Source: a virus
Strand: one strand, 5' to 3'
Virus record (IMG/VR): IMGVR_UViG_3300037423_001065
Coordinates: 34,103-98,102 of that record
Length of the DNA: 64,000 nucleotides
Positions 61,886 through 64,000 of this stretch are shown one piece after another; position 1 is the stretch's first letter, and each line of letters begins with the position of its first letter. The notes under the pieces were generated by a model. The model saw only the letters and a program-made list of their open reading frames with translations, did no database searches and had not been told where the DNA came from. The translations under genes and the position numbers were made by a program.

Positions 61886-63643
61886 ATGAAGGACTCCGCC
61901 CTCCAGGTTGCCCACGACCCGCGCGCGCCGGCCGACGAGCGCCAGGACGCGATGACGCAGCTCCAGAAGGGCGCCATGCCCCAGGTTTCCGCGGAGCTCC
62001 TGAACGCCGAGCGCCTGGTGCCGCTCCTCGAGTACATCGCCGACGGGTACGAGGACCAGGCGATGACAAAGGCGTTGCGCAAGAACAACGTCATCCAGCT
62101 CCCGTCCGCGGCCGCGCGCGAGCGCAAGCCGGGCATGCAGTCGGTCTACCTGGACGACGTGCAAATCGGCGTGATGGGCGACTACTACGAGCGCCAGGGC
62201 GTGTTCTCGTTCGAGGCGATGCGCCAGATGGTCGAGTCGACGCCGCTGCTGAACGCCGTGATCATGACGCGCATCCGCCAGGTGCAGCGCTTTTGCCGGC
62301 CGCAGACCGACGGCAAGGGCCCCGGTTTCAGCGTCCGCATGCGCGATCGCAAGGCGAAACTGGGCGACGACCAGGTCAAGTCCCTGCAGCTCCTCGAGAA
62401 GTTCTTCTCGCACGGCGGGATGGAGTTCAAGCCGCGCATGCGTCAGCGCTTGAAGCGCGACGACATGAGCACGTTCATGGCGAAGCTGGTCCGCGACTCG
62501 CTCACCATGGACGCGGCGCCGATCGAGACCGAGTTCAAGCGCGATCGCAGCCTGGGCATCGACGGCATCTACGCCGTCGACGGCGCGACCATCCGCCTGT
62601 GCACCGAGCAGGGCTACCGTGGCGACGACGAGATTTTCGCCATCCAGCTCGTGCAAGGGAACATCCGCAGCGCGTACACGTTCGATGACCTCATTTACGT
62701 GCCGCGCAATCCGCGCACCGACGTGCTGTCGGGCGGCTACGGCATGGGCGAGACCGAGCTGCTGATCCGCGTGGTGACGGGCTTCCTGAACGCGTTCACG
62801 TACAACATCAAGTTCTTCGACTCCAACGCGATGCCGCGCGGGGTGCTGAACCTGTTCGGCGCCTACAGCGACGACGACATTAAGGCGTTCAAGCGCTACT
62901 GGAACGGCATGGTCAAGGGCATCAACAATGCCCATGCGCTGCCCGTCATGGTCTCGAAGGACCAGGAGTCCGCGGCGAAGTTCGAGAGTTTCGGCGAGCC
63001 GGCGTCCGAGCTGATGTTCGGCAAGTGGATGACGTTCCTGGCGTCGATCATCTGCGCGATTTACGGCATGGCGCCGGACGAAATCAACTTCGAGTCGTTC
63101 ACCAACGGCACCTCGAGCCTGTCCGGGTCGGACACCGAGGAGAAGATCGCCAGCTCGAAGGACAAGGGCCTGCGCCCGCTGCTGTCGTACTTCCAGAACC
63201 TGTTCACCGACTACATCGTCGCCGACTTCAACGAGGACGCCGAGTTCGTGTGGACCGGCCTCGATGAGGAGGACGAGAAAACCGTCTGGGAGCGCAAGCA
63301 GGCGACCATGACCGTCAACGAGGTGCGCGCCGAGGACGGCCGCGAGCCGATCAAGGAAACCTGGGGCGACGCCCCGCTCAACCCGATCCTGGTCGCCGCC
63401 TGGCAGCAAGAGGCCATGCCGCAGGAGCAGGACTTCGGCCAGCCCGGCCAGTCCGACCCGAGCGCGATGGGCGGCAACGACTTCGGCGGCGGCGACGACG
63501 AGGAGGACTTCGGCCAGCCTGGCGGTCAGCCCGGCGCCGACGACGACCAGGACCCGGACGGCGGCAGCGTCGGGCCCACCGACGACGAGAAGGCCAACCT
63601 CCAGAAGTCGTTCGGCCTGCCGGTGCTGCGCATCGAGCCATGA
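61886..63643 (+). CDS. Portal protein (585 aa)
   Basis: GYGMGETE, FFDSNAMPRGVL, ICAIYGMAPDEI, GLRPLL, MTVNEVRA portal motifs; acidic DFGQPG tail. Confidence 0.93.
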   Translation: MKDSALQVAHDPRAPADERQDAMTQLQKGAMPQVSAELLNAERLVPLLEYIADGYEDQAMTKALRKNNVIQLPSAAARERKPGMQSVYLDDVQIGVMGDYYERQGVFSFEAMRQMVESTPLLNAVIMTRIRQVQRFCRPQTDGKGPGFSVRMRDRKAKLGDDQVKSLQLLEKFFSHGGMEFKPRMRQRLKRDDMSTFMAKLVRDSLTMDAAPIETEFKRDRSLGIDGIYAVDGATIRLCTEQGYRGDDEIFAIQLVQGNIRSAYTFDDLIYVPRNPRTDVLSGGYGMGETELLIRVVTGFLNAFTYNIKFFDSNAMPRGVLNLFGAYSDDDIKAFKRYWNGMVKGINNAHALPVMVSKDQESAAKFESFGEPASELMFGKWMTFLASIICAIYGMAPDEINFESFTNGTSSLSGSDTEEKIASSKDKGLRPLLSYFQNLFTDYIVADFNEDAEFVWTGLDEEDEKTVWERKQATMTVNEVRAEDGREPIKETWGDAPLNPILVAAWQQEAMPQEQDFGQPGQSDPSAMGGNDFGGGDDEEDFGQPGGQPGADDDQDPDGGSVGPTDDEKANLQKSFGLPVLRIEP

Positions 63644-64000
63644 CGCCGAAGTCTCCGAACAAGCCCCAGAAGGAGCCGGAGCGCCGGCCTGGCGTGGAGG
63701 TGGGGGACGAGCTGTACGTTCACCACCAGGGCCAGCCGTGCACGTGCCGCGTCGCCGCGCACGGCAAGCACGGCGTCACCGGCGAGATTGACGGCGCCCA
63801 CCACAAGATCACCTGGGACAAGGTCCTGGGCCACAAGTCGCGCGTCGCCATCCACGGCCGCATCATCGACCAGGGCGAGGATGGCATGCTCCTACAGGAC
63901 CAGGCCGGCCGGCGCCGCTACGTCGCTACCCCCAACGAGGCAAAAGAGGACCCGCTCGTGATCGCGAAAGCATTCGACCCGCGCCGCCCCGTGCTCCTGT
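63640..64000 (+). CDS. Hypothetical head-region protein, 3' truncated
   Basis: ATGA overlap with portal stop; frame open to window end. Confidence 0.65.
   Translation, partial: MTPKSPNKPQKEPERRPGVEVGDELYVHHQGQPCTCRVAAHGKHGVTGEIDGAHHKITWDKVLGHKSRVAIHGRIIDQGEDGMLLQDQAGRRRYVATPNEAKEDPLVIAKAFDPRRPVLL

Larger units (their letters stand above)
1..64000. mobile_element. Myovirus-type phage genome segment (phage, prophage or phage-plasmid undetermined)
   Basis: Sheath, tube, tape measure, baseplate, lysis cassette, primase-helicase, terminase and portal are all present; no host housekeeping operons or att/integrase seen. Confidence 0.97.

Overview
The whole window is DNA of a GC-rich tailed phage with a contractile tail; the spanins point to a Gram-negative host. 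Gene order: neck/tail completion, sheath, tube, tail chaperones, tape measure with SLT domain, baseplate and fibre (1-16.1 kb); holin, endolysin and spanins (16.2-18.1 kb); a leftward nucleotide-metabolism and recombination block (thyX, MazG-like, RecD-like helicase, SSAP-like, SMC-like ATPase, exonuclease VIII; 18.1-26.6 kb); a rightward replication block (HTH, SF2 helicase, ssb, radical SAM, VRR-NUC, primase-helicase; 26.7-33.9 kb); divergent early regions of small ORFs that include Mom-like and PAPS-reductase-like genes (33.9-43.7 kb); an iteron/IHF/AT-rich putative origin (44.36-44.65 kb); accessory genes with a DNA methyltransferase and a nucleotidase; terminase (53.5-56.3 kb); portal (61.9-63.6 kb). 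I saw no integrase, DNA polymerase, tRNA, CRISPR array or reverse transcriptase. The strongest unexplained signal is a recurrent motif GTCGTGAC-N2-NANNNT, about 14 copies, placed before late genes. Four copies put the start codon exactly at the predicted +1, implying leaderless mRNAs. Two other motif classes (TTGATCAA and TGTTCGC, in sigma70-like promoter spacers) suggest a three-tier transcription programme. Also notable: a TCC-TTT-CGA +1 frameshift in the tail chaperone, beta-clamp-like terminal motifs on several DNA-modification-type enzymes, a structured leader with a uORF before the primase, and apparent restriction-site avoidance. All counts were made by eye and all family assignments come from recognised motifs, not database searches.
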